A model generated the notes under the pieces. The model did not search any database and was not told the origin of the DNA. It saw only the letters and a program-made list of their open reading frames with translations. DNA of 64,000 nt from a virus (Duplodnaviria; Caudoviricetes), in IMG/VR virus record IMGVR_UViG_3300042542_006078; one strand, given 5' to 3'. Both the position numbers and the translations under genes were made by a program. Position 1 is the stretch's first letter, and the number at the start of each line of letters is the position of its first letter. This document shows positions 45,398 through 54,037 of the stretch, piece by piece.

Positions 45398-45724
45398 ATG
45401 GGGGCTACGACCACAGAAGGTACAGGTCCGGGGATTGCAAAAAGAGACACCAAGGGAAGACTATCCCTTGGTGTCTCTTCGTTAATTGGTCCCAAAATAG
45501 TTGCATCTGGGATCACAACTTTGAATGGCACATCTGAATATATTTACATACCTCAACAGATTGGATTAGTTAGCGATTACTGCGTTATTTTAACAAACAA
45601 CTCTTCTAATCATCCATACATTTCAAACGCTTTGTTGCCCATTTCTGGGTCAAATGAATGGAGATTCCAGATAACTGCTGGAAATAATGATGTCGTTCAC
45701 TATCTTGTAGTTAAAATAGGTTAA
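45398..45724 (+). CDS. Probable virion protein (MGASSVTG family)
   Basis: MGATTTEGTGPG N-terminus. Confidence 0.55.
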   Translation: MGATTTEGTGPGIAKRDTKGRLSLGVSSLIGPKIVASGITTLNGTSEYIYIPQQIGLVSDYCVILTNNSSNHPYISNALLPISGSNEWRFQITAGNNDVVHYLVVKIG

Positions 45725-45745
45725 GGAAAAATTCAAAATTTTTTA

Positions 45746-46117
45746 ATGCAACAAAAAAAATGTAAAAAATGCAAATTTGATAAGCCTATAGAATCATTTA
45801 GAATTTGCCGTTTGTATAAAGGAATGGAGCAAGGCAGTTATAGGCGATCTGAATGTATTGACTGTGAGAAAAAAAGTTCTGATCAATTGAGAAAAATAAA
45901 ACATACTGTTCCAGAAAAGCCTAAAAAGTGTGATTGTTGTCAAGAAATTACTGAAAATTTTGTTCCAGATCACAATCATGAAACTGGTAATTTTCGTGGT
46001 TGGTTATGCAGGAATTGTAATCAGGGAATTGGTAAATTAGGTGATAACTTAGAAGGATTGTTGAGGGCTGTGAGTTACATTATGAAAAACGATTTTACTC
46101 ATCGTCCTTTGGTTTGA
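45746..46117 (+). CDS. Endonuclease VII-like (His-Me finger) putative homing endonuclease
   Basis: CKKC...C..C, CDCC...VPDHNHETG.FRGWLCRNCNQGIG. Confidence 0.85.
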   Translation: MQQKKCKKCKFDKPIESFRICRLYKGMEQGSYRRSECIDCEKKSSDQLRKIKHTVPEKPKKCDCCQEITENFVPDHNHETGNFRGWLCRNCNQGIGKLGDNLEGLLRAVSYIMKNDFTHRPLV

Positions 46118-46658
46118 AGAATTTAATGTTTTTATCGGCCCATTCTATTGCCATGTGGGCTCCTCTGTTGAGAAGTCCTACAAGTTGAGTTGGGTTTCCG
46201 CTTCCTTCAATTGCGATGTTATCTCTTTCTGCGTTTTCGATCCAAACAAGTGCAAAAACAAGGCCATTTCTTTGTTTAAGTTCTGATGCCATTTGTCTTA
46301 TTGTAAGAAGTGACATGTCTGGAAGTCCTAATTCCTTTTGTTTGGCTTTTTTTAGGTCTCCATTTGATTCAAGAACATTAGCCAGTTTCTTTTGAAGCAT
46401 TTTGATTGTTTCAAATTTTTTTGTTTGTTCTATAACAATTTGATATGAAAAATCTTTTGGGTCACTTTGATTTGCAAGAACGAGCAAATTACAAGGGTAG
46501 TTTTCTTTTATTTCCGTTATTTGTACAGATAGTGCTGTAAGGGTTGCTTCTTTATTAATTTTGAAGTGAATCCAAGAATATTCCGTACTAGTGTCGATTA
46601 TTGATATTCCCTCATATTTATTGAGAGTCTTTACAAGAGACTCGAATTCCTTTTCCAT
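46095..46658 (-). CDS. Hypothetical protein
   Basis: 187-aa ORF. Confidence 0.65.
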   Translation of the reverse strand: MEKEFESLVKTLNKYEGISIIDTSTEYSWIHFKINKEATLTALSVQITEIKENYPCNLLVLANQSDPKDFSYQIVIEQTKKFETIKMLQKKLANVLESNGDLKKAKQKELGLPDMSLLTIRQMASELKQRNGLVFALVWIENAERDNIAIEGSGNPTQLVGLLNRGAHMAIEWADKNIKFFKPKDDE

Positions 46659-47191
46659 TAATCCTCCAAAATTCCATTATTGTCTAGAGAACGCACAAGT
46701 TGCATAAGATGTTTGCACATTCCCGGTAATTTACGAGGATTCGCAGAACCGGGATTTATTTTCGCTTCGTACTTTCTTTTCTTTCTGCCATACAAAGATC
46801 GGTCGATATGATCTTCGTAGTTGAAGCGCCAATAAAAATCTTGACACCCGCAACGAAGAACAACATCCTGATTTGTATTCAGTCTTTCAAAAAAATACTT
46901 GCTTCCATTACTTGTGGATAACTCGGCCAAATGTGGATTTTTAGAATCGTAATACCTCACATTCTTGAAAAGAATCATAGGGTTATATTCTGTACCTTTT
47001 AGCTCATTCCTTGCCAAGCCTTTCACAAATAAAGTTCTAACACCTAGGAATGGAACGAATGATAAATTTGTAATACTTATTTCGTTAACCGAATTTTGCC
47101 TTTTCCTTGTGTTTGGAAAGGCATTTACGGCACTCGTATACAATCCTTGTAGGCTTGATTCATTGAGTTCGAGCCAATTGTGGAACTTCAT
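46658..47191 (-). CDS. SWIM-type Zn-finger protein with CTS-like N-terminus
   Basis: CGCQDF ... GMCKHL; ATG at 47191 (MKFHNWLELNE) with TAAATA 5 nt upstream. Confidence 0.65.
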   Translation of the reverse strand: MKFHNWLELNESSLQGLYTSAVNAFPNTRKRQNSVNEISITNLSFVPFLGVRTLFVKGLARNELKGTEYNPMILFKNVRYYDSKNPHLAELSTSNGSKYFFERLNTNQDVVLRCGCQDFYWRFNYEDHIDRSLYGRKKRKYEAKINPGSANPRKLPGMCKHLMQLVRSLDNNGILED

Positions 47192-47284
47192 ACATATATT
47201 TATCGGATATTCAAATTTTTCATTCAAAGTAAACTAATATATCCATAGATTTTCGGCAATCTGTAAAAAATGACGAAGTGATTT

Positions 47285-47611
47285 ATGTCAGACAATAATC
47301 AAGATAACCTTCCAGACAAATCGTCACTAGCTGACGAGGATTTTATTGCATTTGACATGAAGCGTTTTGAGGTCAGGACTCGCCCAGCAAAGGGAGGAGG
47401 CTTAGAGAACGCCATTTTCATTGGAGGAGAGTTGCTTGATTGGACTGTTGATCTAAACAGTCTAATGGAAGCAGCAAAAATGGGGCCTCAATATATTCGT
47501 GAAGTTCAAAAGGATATAGAAAAACACTTTGCCAATTCTGTTTCTGATTTCCTCGGCAGGAAGGTTACAATTGAGGAAATCCAAAAAGCCACCAAAACTG
47601 GTTGGATTTAA
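47285..47611 (+). CDS. Hypothetical protein
   Basis: 108-aa ORF. Confidence 0.65.
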   Translation: MSDNNQDNLPDKSSLADEDFIAFDMKRFEVRTRPAKGGGLENAIFIGGELLDWTVDLNSLMEAAKMGPQYIREVQKDIEKHFANSVSDFLGRKVTIEEIQKATKTGWI

Positions 47612-47669
47612 TTTCATTTGATTTTTAACCCTGATGGGAGGTGATTCAGCTTAAAAAATCAAATGAAAT
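47611..47669. other. Long intergenic hairpin with GGAGGTGAT in the loop
   Basis: ATTTCATTTGATTTTTAA (47611-47628) pairs with 47651-47669 (one bulge); inner CTGA/TCAG stem. Confidence 0.75.
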
Positions 47670-47671
47670 AG

Positions 47672-47710
47672 AAAAGGGCTGTTAGGTTGTTCCTAACAGC
47701 CCTTTTTTTT
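47672..47710. terminator. Bidirectional intrinsic terminator
   Basis: 15-bp stem AAAAGGGCTGTTAGG/CCTAACAGCCCTTTT with a long T tract on +. Confidence 0.88.
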
Positions 47711-49188
47711 TAGTTCAACCAAGTTTTCTTAGGATCGTTCATTCTACCAAAAATTGATTCAAGAAATTTTTTGTCTTTATTTTGAATTTTTGAACTTTCT
47801 CCAGTCATTCCGCTATGCATGCTTTCCTCTTCTTCTTTTTGTCTTGCAAGTTTAGCAGCATCTTGAGCAGATTTTTGCGCCAAAGCTGATTGAAAAGGAG
47901 TGCGTCCAGTAGGAGCAGTAGGAGCAGTAGGAGCAGTAGGAGCGGTAGGAGCAGTAGGAGCTACAGGAGAAGTAGGTTTTGGTTGCGCTTGTTGCTTTTT
48001 AAGTTCTTGCATGCCTTTTTCCCAAGAACTCAATGGCTTTTCTGGTTGTGCAGCGGCAACTGGTTGTGCGGCTTGCTGCTGAATTTCCTTTGCAACTTTT
48101 TGCCTTGTTTGCTGTCCAAATTTCATGTGTTGCTTTAATGCTGTTGCAAACTGAGCAAATTCTTCTGTAGGCAGAACACCATGTCTAGCCAAAATATTTT
48201 CATACGCACTTAGCTTATCTTGAACACTCTTAATGATTGGCTCATCACGCTTTTGATCCCAAAGTTCTTGAGAAACATCTCCACCTTGGTATCCTCGACC
48301 AGCAAACCAGTTTGTCAGATTAGTTTTTTGACGACCCAACCAGTCGCCAACTGCCCTGAAAAGGCTTTCATCGATTCTTCCCCTCAATGTTCTGTGATAA
48401 GATTCAATAACATCATCAGGATTGATTCCATTGCTCATGAAATCAACAATGTGGCTTCTTATTTCATTGAAATTTCTTACTTTTTCGCCTGAAAAAACAC
48501 AATTTCTAATGTATGGATTTTGAATTGATTCTCTTTTAGGTGCGCTTGTAGTAAAGGCATCAGATGGTTCTGGCACAGTCAGAATAGGTGATTTTGATTG
48601 TTGACTGAATTGATAAGGAGTTGACACACCTGCAAATGTTGGATCTTCTATGTTATATGTACTTGGATCAGCTTCTGGAACACTAGATGGCTCGCCTTGT
48701 CGGCGGCGTGTTTGGAATTCTGGTCTATTTTCAGGATTTGCCTCGGGGGCAAGATCTTGTCCGGTTTCATCGCCAGTTTCATATTCAGGTTCAGACATTG
48801 GTTTTTGGAAATCGCCAAAATAATTCTTAAACTCTGGATGATCGTATTGTCCTTGTGGTTGTTGTGAGTTAAATCTCAAACTAGTGATAAGTTCAAGAAT
48901 GTCATGGCTGAATCCTGAAGACGAGAATATCTTTTGCATATAAGCAGAACTTTGATAACGATTTGAAAGATCGCTTAATGCCTGCTGCAACTCCATGGTT
49001 GCTCTTTGAATTTCCCTGTCACTATTCTGTTCTTCAATAACCCAAACACTGAATGATTCTTGGAAATATTCGTTGTTGGACAACCAACTTACAAATTTCT
49101 TCGGGCTTACACCATTGAGTGCCAATAGATGCATGGCTTCTTTAACAAGTTCCATGTTTTTTAATGTTGTTCTTGATGGTCTAATCAT
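47710..49188 (-). CDS. Large Q/E/P-rich hypothetical protein with (PTA)n tract
   Basis: GAGG RBS before the ATG at 49188; 9-bp repeat array near 47905-47965. Confidence 0.7.
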   Translation of the reverse strand: MIRPSRTTLKNMELVKEAMHLLALNGVSPKKFVSWLSNNEYFQESFSVWVIEEQNSDREIQRATMELQQALSDLSNRYQSSAYMQKIFSSSGFSHDILELITSLRFNSQQPQGQYDHPEFKNYFGDFQKPMSEPEYETGDETGQDLAPEANPENRPEFQTRRRQGEPSSVPEADPSTYNIEDPTFAGVSTPYQFSQQSKSPILTVPEPSDAFTTSAPKRESIQNPYIRNCVFSGEKVRNFNEIRSHIVDFMSNGINPDDVIESYHRTLRGRIDESLFRAVGDWLGRQKTNLTNWFAGRGYQGGDVSQELWDQKRDEPIIKSVQDKLSAYENILARHGVLPTEEFAQFATALKQHMKFGQQTRQKVAKEIQQQAAQPVAAAQPEKPLSSWEKGMQELKKQQAQPKPTSPVAPTAPTAPTAPTAPTAPTGRTPFQSALAQKSAQDAAKLARQKEEEESMHSGMTGESSKIQNKDKKFLESIFGRMNDPKKTWLN

Positions 49189-49198
49189 AATACCTCTT

Positions 49199-49987
49199 TC
49201 ATTCAGGTAGCTTATATTTATATTTTTGCAAGTCCATTTTAACAAATGGTAACTTTGGCAATTCTCTCTTTTCTGTATATATTGGCTCCAAACCATTATC
49301 TAGTTCTTCGTTCCAATTTTTGAGCATTTTTATGTCGGTGAAATAAGATTGATGGTTCATCAGTTGTTCTTTGTGCTTTCTAATAGCCCTACACACTCCG
49401 ATTACCTTGAGATCATCATTTTGAAACAAAGGTCCACCACTGTCTCCAACCATACAATATGCATTTGTTCTAATAAGACCTTTGAATATATTTGGGTTGT
49501 ATGTCTTGGTTTGTGTGATTTGGCCATAATCAATTCTTGCATCATCCATCATCCCAAATCCTATGTGGAATATATTTGAACCCATGAATATTTTATGGTC
49601 GAAATTAATTTGCACTGTCGGCAATTTCTCATCTGACTCAAAAACACCTATTGCCAAATCTTCTTTTGGTTCCAAGGCATAAATGAACATAGGATAAGTT
49701 TTTTCTGATTCGATTTCTGCGTGTTTTTTGTATTTGAATATTTTTACAAAGAATGGACCGTTACTTTCCGCTATGTGTTCTGCTGTAATAATAGCGTTGC
49801 GATACTTGTTGCCGTTTTTGGTTGATCTGACTATGAAGCCGCTTCCTCCAGTTTCATTTTTTGTATCAGTTATGCATACAGTTGGATAAAGACAAGATGA
49901 ATAAATATTATCTGGAACTTTTTGTGCAAATCCAGTTGTAATACTAATCATTAAAATAAAAAAAGACGATAATATGAATTTTTTCAT
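49199..49987 (-). CDS. Exported trypsin-like serine protease
   Basis: GGSGF, TAEHI, EDLAI, GDSGGPLF; signal peptide MKKFILSSFFILMISITTGFA. Confidence 0.88.
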   Translation of the reverse strand: MKKFILSSFFILMISITTGFAQKVPDNIYSSCLYPTVCITDTKNETGGSGFIVRSTKNGNKYRNAIITAEHIAESNGPFFVKIFKYKKHAEIESEKTYPMFIYALEPKEDLAIGVFESDEKLPTVQINFDHKIFMGSNIFHIGFGMMDDARIDYGQITQTKTYNPNIFKGLIRTNAYCMVGDSGGPLFQNDDLKVIGVCRAIRKHKEQLMNHQSYFTDIKMLKNWNEELDNGLEPIYTEKRELPKLPFVKMDLQKYKYKLPE

Positions 49988-50016
49988 AGTTCCTCATTTT
50001 TATTTAGATTAGAAAC

Positions 50017-50048
50017 AAAAAAACACCTGTCTAAGATAGACAGGTGTT
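50017..50048 (-). terminator. Intrinsic terminator
   Basis: 12-bp stem AACACCTGTCTA/TAGACAGGTGTT with a T tract on the minus strand. Confidence 0.8.
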
Positions 50049-50071
50049 CGATAATTTTATTTTTAATTAAA

Positions 50072-50305
50072 TCAACCGTTAATCCAAGTGCCACCAGAGC
50101 CGTTGGTATAATCTTCAATATTCTGAGTAACATCGGTGAAAACTTCACCATCGATGAGTTCAAGAACTTTGCGATCAGTACCAGAGACAGTTTCGATGTA
50201 GCCGGTACGCTGAACTGAAACACCGTTAACAACTGAGGTGTCGAGTGAACCTTCGGTGCCGAGGTTTCTTAAGGTCGGGGTGAGAGCAAGAGTGTATGTT
50301 GCCAT
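50072..50305 (-). CDS. Small probable virion protein
   Basis: T/G/V-rich, own promoter-like box, AAGGGA RBS and terminator. Confidence 0.6.
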   Translation of the reverse strand: MATYTLALTPTLRNLGTEGSLDTSVVNGVSVQRTGYIETVSGTDRKVLELIDGEVFTDVTQNIEDYTNGSGGTWING

Positions 50306-50370
50306 AGTCATTTCCCTTTATAAAAGATAAAAGAGGTTACAATCTATATATGCTTCAAATTATAAATTAT

Positions 50371-50706
50371 TCAATTGGTTAATGGTTGAAGCGTAAAATT
50401 CAAGCGTCTTATGCCTGAATTGGCAGAAATGTCTACGCAAACCTTTCTGCTCATTGAGTCAAAAGATACTATTGTCCAATTTGGGTTTGTCAGAAACATC
50501 CTTCTTGGCAGCAATAGTTCGTAATAAACCCAAGTACCATTATTTATGTTGGAGTTTATAATATTTTGAGATAGATTTGAAATACTAATCACCTGTCCTG
50601 TTTCAATAACTATCGCTTTGCTCTTATCAAGATTGCTATTTAGCATGGCGAGCAAAGTTGCTTTTGGTAATGTTGCTAAATTTGTGCAAGGCTGTGAAAT
50701 AATCAT
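50371..50706 (-). CDS. Hypothetical protein
   Basis: 111-aa ORF, CATAAATA upstream. Confidence 0.55.
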   Translation of the reverse strand: MIISQPCTNLATLPKATLLAMLNSNLDKSKAIVIETGQVISISNLSQNIINSNINNGTWVYYELLLPRRMFLTNPNWTIVSFDSMSRKVCVDISANSGIRRLNFTLQPLTN

Positions 50707-50726
50707 AGGTTTTTTCTCTATTACTC

Positions 50727-50972
50727 TTGATATTTATGGAAAACACTCAGCAAAAAGAAAACTGTTATTTTTATACTGACTGTTCATTGCCTGTGAGTGA
50801 GCAGATTATTCAGGTCATGTGCATGAATTGTCATGAAAAAAACCCAGAAATGGGCTGGTTTTGGGAAGGCTCAAGGCTCGGTTACGGTCCATTTGATTTT
50901 ATTTGCAATTTGTGTGGTCATGCTGTTCATGAAAAGAGGAGTAATGATGAAAGTCAGTCGTCCAGCAATTAA
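50727..50972 (+). CDS. Small Cys-rich hypothetical protein
   Basis: CMNC ... CNLCGH Zn-ribbon pattern; alternative start at 50736. Confidence 0.55.
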   Translation: MIFMENTQQKENCYFYTDCSLPVSEQIIQVMCMNCHEKNPEMGWFWEGSRLGYGPFDFICNLCGHAVHEKRSNDESQSSSN

Positions 50973-51702
50973 ATTAATGAATGATAAATGGTCGGTTAAA
51001 GATTGGATACTCTCAAATTTCCCAGAAGATTATGAGAACATGACTTATGTTGAGCCATATGGAGGTGGAGCAAATCTGCTTTTTTGCAAAAATAAGTCAA
51101 AGTTTGAAGTCATCAATGATATAAATTTTGATTTAATTGACATTTTCAGAGCAATGAGAGATGATCCTAGCGAACTTGTAAAAAGACTGACTGGTCAAAA
51201 ATGCACTCAGGAAAACTTTGATAAAGCATCAATCAGAAAAGACTTTGATGATTACATGGATCACGCCGTTAATGATCTTTTTCTTCGGAAGACAAGTGCG
51301 AATGGATTAAAAGATAAATTCAGCAAGCCTTCTAGCCTTGAAACATGGAAGAAGAGTGTCAAGGAAATTTTTGAATATGCGAATAGAATCAAAGATGTAT
51401 ATATCTTGAATAAGCAGGCCTTAGATATTATTGAAAAGTTCAATATAGAAGATTCTTTTATTTATTGCGATCCTCCCTACCTTCATGAAAACAAGGTTTC
51501 CAAGGTTGTTTACAGTAGTGAAATGACACCAGAATGTCACATGAAGCTCTACCAAATTCTCGATAAATTTAAGGGCAAGGCAATAATAAGTGGATATATG
51601 TCGCCATTATATAAAAGAATATACAAAAATTGGAATATTGAAAAAAACACAATAAATAAAGGCAATTCCCGTGAAGTGGAAATTATATGGAAAAATTTTT
51701 AG
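50947..51702 (+). CDS. dam: DNA adenine methyltransferase (Dam/D12 class)
   Basis: YVEPYGGG, EVINDIN, IYCDPPY, ISGY; GAGGAG RBS. Confidence 0.85.
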   Translation: MKVSRPAIKLMNDKWSVKDWILSNFPEDYENMTYVEPYGGGANLLFCKNKSKFEVINDINFDLIDIFRAMRDDPSELVKRLTGQKCTQENFDKASIRKDFDDYMDHAVNDLFLRKTSANGLKDKFSKPSSLETWKKSVKEIFEYANRIKDVYILNKQALDIIEKFNIEDSFIYCDPPYLHENKVSKVVYSSEMTPECHMKLYQILDKFKGKAIISGYMSPLYKRIYKNWNIEKNTINKGNSREVEIIWKNF

Positions 51703-51711
51703 GTGGTTGTC

Positions 51712-51948
51712 ATGAAATGTGAAATGCCAAATTGCGACAATGAAAGTACAAAAAAAATAAAAAACAGCGGTGTTTTTTATGGCATTTATGTAGAAGATGC
51801 CGAGATTGATGTTTGTGATCAACATCCAATTGCCGATATACAAAATATAATAAATGAAGTCTCTGTTGATAGCTGCATGGATTCACAATTGTGCAATCCA
51901 TTTGATGACATGGAAATGCTTAGAAAACAGAAAATTATGTCTAAATAA
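51712..51948 (+). CDS. Small hypothetical protein
   Basis: CEMPNC...C..H; AGGTGG RBS. Confidence 0.55.
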   Translation: MKCEMPNCDNESTKKIKNSGVFYGIYVEDAEIDVCDQHPIADIQNIINEVSVDSCMDSQLCNPFDDMEMLRKQKIMSK

Positions 51949-51951
51949 TGC

Positions 51952-52146
51952 ATGGTACTTAATTTCAAAGAATTCATGTCTTTGTCGAAAGATTCTCCAC
52001 AAGGGACATCCGACCTAAAATCAGATGGTTTGACTGTTACTTTTTCAGGGGAAAGCTCGAAAAATAAAACGCCAAAACCTAAAAAATTGTCAGGTTTAGA
52101 TCCAGAAAAAATGTATGGAAAGATAAAAAAAAATGAACTTCCGTAA
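51952..52146 (+). CDS. Small protein with CTS-like N-terminus
   Basis: Begins MVLNFKEFMSLS. Confidence 0.55.
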   Translation: MVLNFKEFMSLSKDSPQGTSDLKSDGLTVTFSGESSKNKTPKPKKLSGLDPEKMYGKIKKNELP

Positions 52147-52474
52147 ATTATGGGAAAACATGAAATACGCCAAAGATCAAGGTTCGGAATCTCCCGAAAT
52201 TGATCCTATGGCAGTTACAGCTATAAGAACAGGATTAGGAATTGGCGAATCATTTTGGGATGATTTTATTCAAATTCTCAACAATTCCGAAGGACTCTCT
52301 GCTTTGTTGGATATTTCAGTCGATGAAATTTCAACATGGAGGAAGAAGATAGAGGATGCCTTGTCGCAAGTTGGTGAGGAAGATGGTGATTTGGATGTTG
52401 GAAAAAACAAGAAACTAGTCAAAACTGGACAACCGGAAGAACCAGAAGATGATGAAGATTTCTCAGGAGCATAA
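52133..52474 (+). CDS. Acidic small protein with CTS-like N-terminus
   Basis: Begins MNFRKLWEN. Confidence 0.6.
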   Translation: MNFRKLWENMKYAKDQGSESPEIDPMAVTAIRTGLGIGESFWDDFIQILNNSEGLSALLDISVDEISTWRKKIEDALSQVGEEDGDLDVGKNKKLVKTGQPEEPEDDEDFSGA

Positions 52475-52477
52475 TAA

Positions 52478-52861
52478 ATGAAGACTTTTCTGCAATATAT
52501 CAAAGAACAAGGTGACGGCGAAGAAATGCAAACAGTTGCTCCTCCCGGCGACATGCCATTGGATAAAGAGTCTGGTGACGGTGACAAACCAATCGTCCCC
52601 GGAGATGGCCATTCTGAAAGACACAAGGAAAAGTTGAAGAATGCATTTAACAGATTCCTTAATGAAAAAATGCTTGTAGCGGTCAAACATGGAAAAATAT
52701 CTAAAGAAGACGCTCTAATGTTGTTGAAAACTGAAATATCGGCTTTCTCCAATATGATTGGCGCTGATGCAAATAGCGCAGGCACAGAAGGGAAGAATGC
52801 CATGGCAACCAATTCCGAACCTAGGTCGCCAATTCCAAATCAACCAACAGCGAGTGGCTAA
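52478..52861 (+). CDS. Small protein with CTS-like N-terminus
   Basis: Begins MKTFLQYIKE. Confidence 0.65.
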   Translation: MKTFLQYIKEQGDGEEMQTVAPPGDMPLDKESGDGDKPIVPGDGHSERHKEKLKNAFNRFLNEKMLVAVKHGKISKEDALMLLKTEISAFSNMIGADANSAGTEGKNAMATNSEPRSPIPNQPTASG

Positions 52862-52862
52862 A

Positions 52863-54020
52863 ATGAGGCGTGGAAGAATTGTTTCTAGTGATATTACAAG
52901 AAAAAAAATACAAGAAGCTCTTAAAAACAAGCCTTCTATAAACGACAATGCTCCTACTCCGCAGCAAATCAACGATTCCAGAAAGAACATTAAAAAAAAC
53001 CATTCAAATAAAAATGTAGTTACAAATAAAGTAATAAGACATAGAAATCAACCTGTAAAAAGGGCTACTACTCAATTTTTGACAAATGCGGCAAGTAAAA
53101 CTACAAAACTTATTCTTCCCGAGCGTGGCAGTTTCAATGCTGGAATTCTTGATTTGGGAAATAAGATTCTTTGTGTTTATAGGCCAGACGAAATTCAACT
53201 CGTTGCCTGTTTTTTGAATTATGATTACAGCGTAATACCTGATTCATTTTATAGATTCAGCTTATTGCTTGCAGCCGATCCAAGGCTAATTCTCACTCCA
53301 GACAATAAAGTTTTAATGTCATATTCAAAATATGAATCAAATAGTTCAAAAGAACATATTGATGGCAATATAATCATGGACTTGAATAAGTCAGACAACA
53401 AAATATTTTTAAGTGAAACAATAAGAATAAGCCCCGAGTGGATGAAAAACAGGCAAAAAAATTGGATGCCTTTCATTCATGAGGAAAAACTATATTTCAT
53501 ATCAACAGTTTGTCCTCATGCAATTTATAATGTAGACTGGAATGGTAAAACACAATCTTCTTTAGTGCATAGCACTAATTGGGAAAATAATTGGTTTTGC
53601 AAAGAACCACTGAGAGGAAACACCAATGCCATTTTGATGAATGATGGCAATTATATTTGCACATTTCATACTGCTTCAAGATTGGAAAATTGCCACTTTT
53701 ACGATAATGGAGCCTATATTTTTGAAGGACATCCTCCTTTCAAACCTTTGTTTGCTGCCAATAGAACATATCTTCGTGCAGAGGCTGCTAGAGAACCACA
53801 CTACAGAAAAGAAGGTCTAATTGTTTGTACATTTCCGATAGGCATGATGATGCGTGATGAGAAATTAATTATAAGTTATGGCGACAATGATTCTTGTGTT
53901 AAAATTATGGAAACCACATTGGAAGAAATGAAAAAAACCATGATGCCAGTAAAAAATGTTTCTACGAGCGTTAAGTTTAATCAATCTGACAATATGTCAG
54001 AAAATGTTCCAATGATATGA
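52863..54020 (+). CDS. GH130-like beta-propeller glycosidase/phosphorylase with basic N-terminal extension
   Basis: FNAGI, DPRL, QKNWMPF, LRG.T, FP.G, ISYGDND. Confidence 0.7.
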   Translation: MRRGRIVSSDITRKKIQEALKNKPSINDNAPTPQQINDSRKNIKKNHSNKNVVTNKVIRHRNQPVKRATTQFLTNAASKTTKLILPERGSFNAGILDLGNKILCVYRPDEIQLVACFLNYDYSVIPDSFYRFSLLLAADPRLILTPDNKVLMSYSKYESNSSKEHIDGNIIMDLNKSDNKIFLSETIRISPEWMKNRQKNWMPFIHEEKLYFISTVCPHAIYNVDWNGKTQSSLVHSTNWENNWFCKEPLRGNTNAILMNDGNYICTFHTASRLENCHFYDNGAYIFEGHPPFKPLFAANRTYLRAEAAREPHYRKEGLIVCTFPIGMMMRDEKLIISYGDNDSCVKIMETTLEEMKKTMMPVKNVSTSVKFNQSDNMSENVPMI

Positions 54021-54037
54021 ATTAGAGGAAAGATTAT

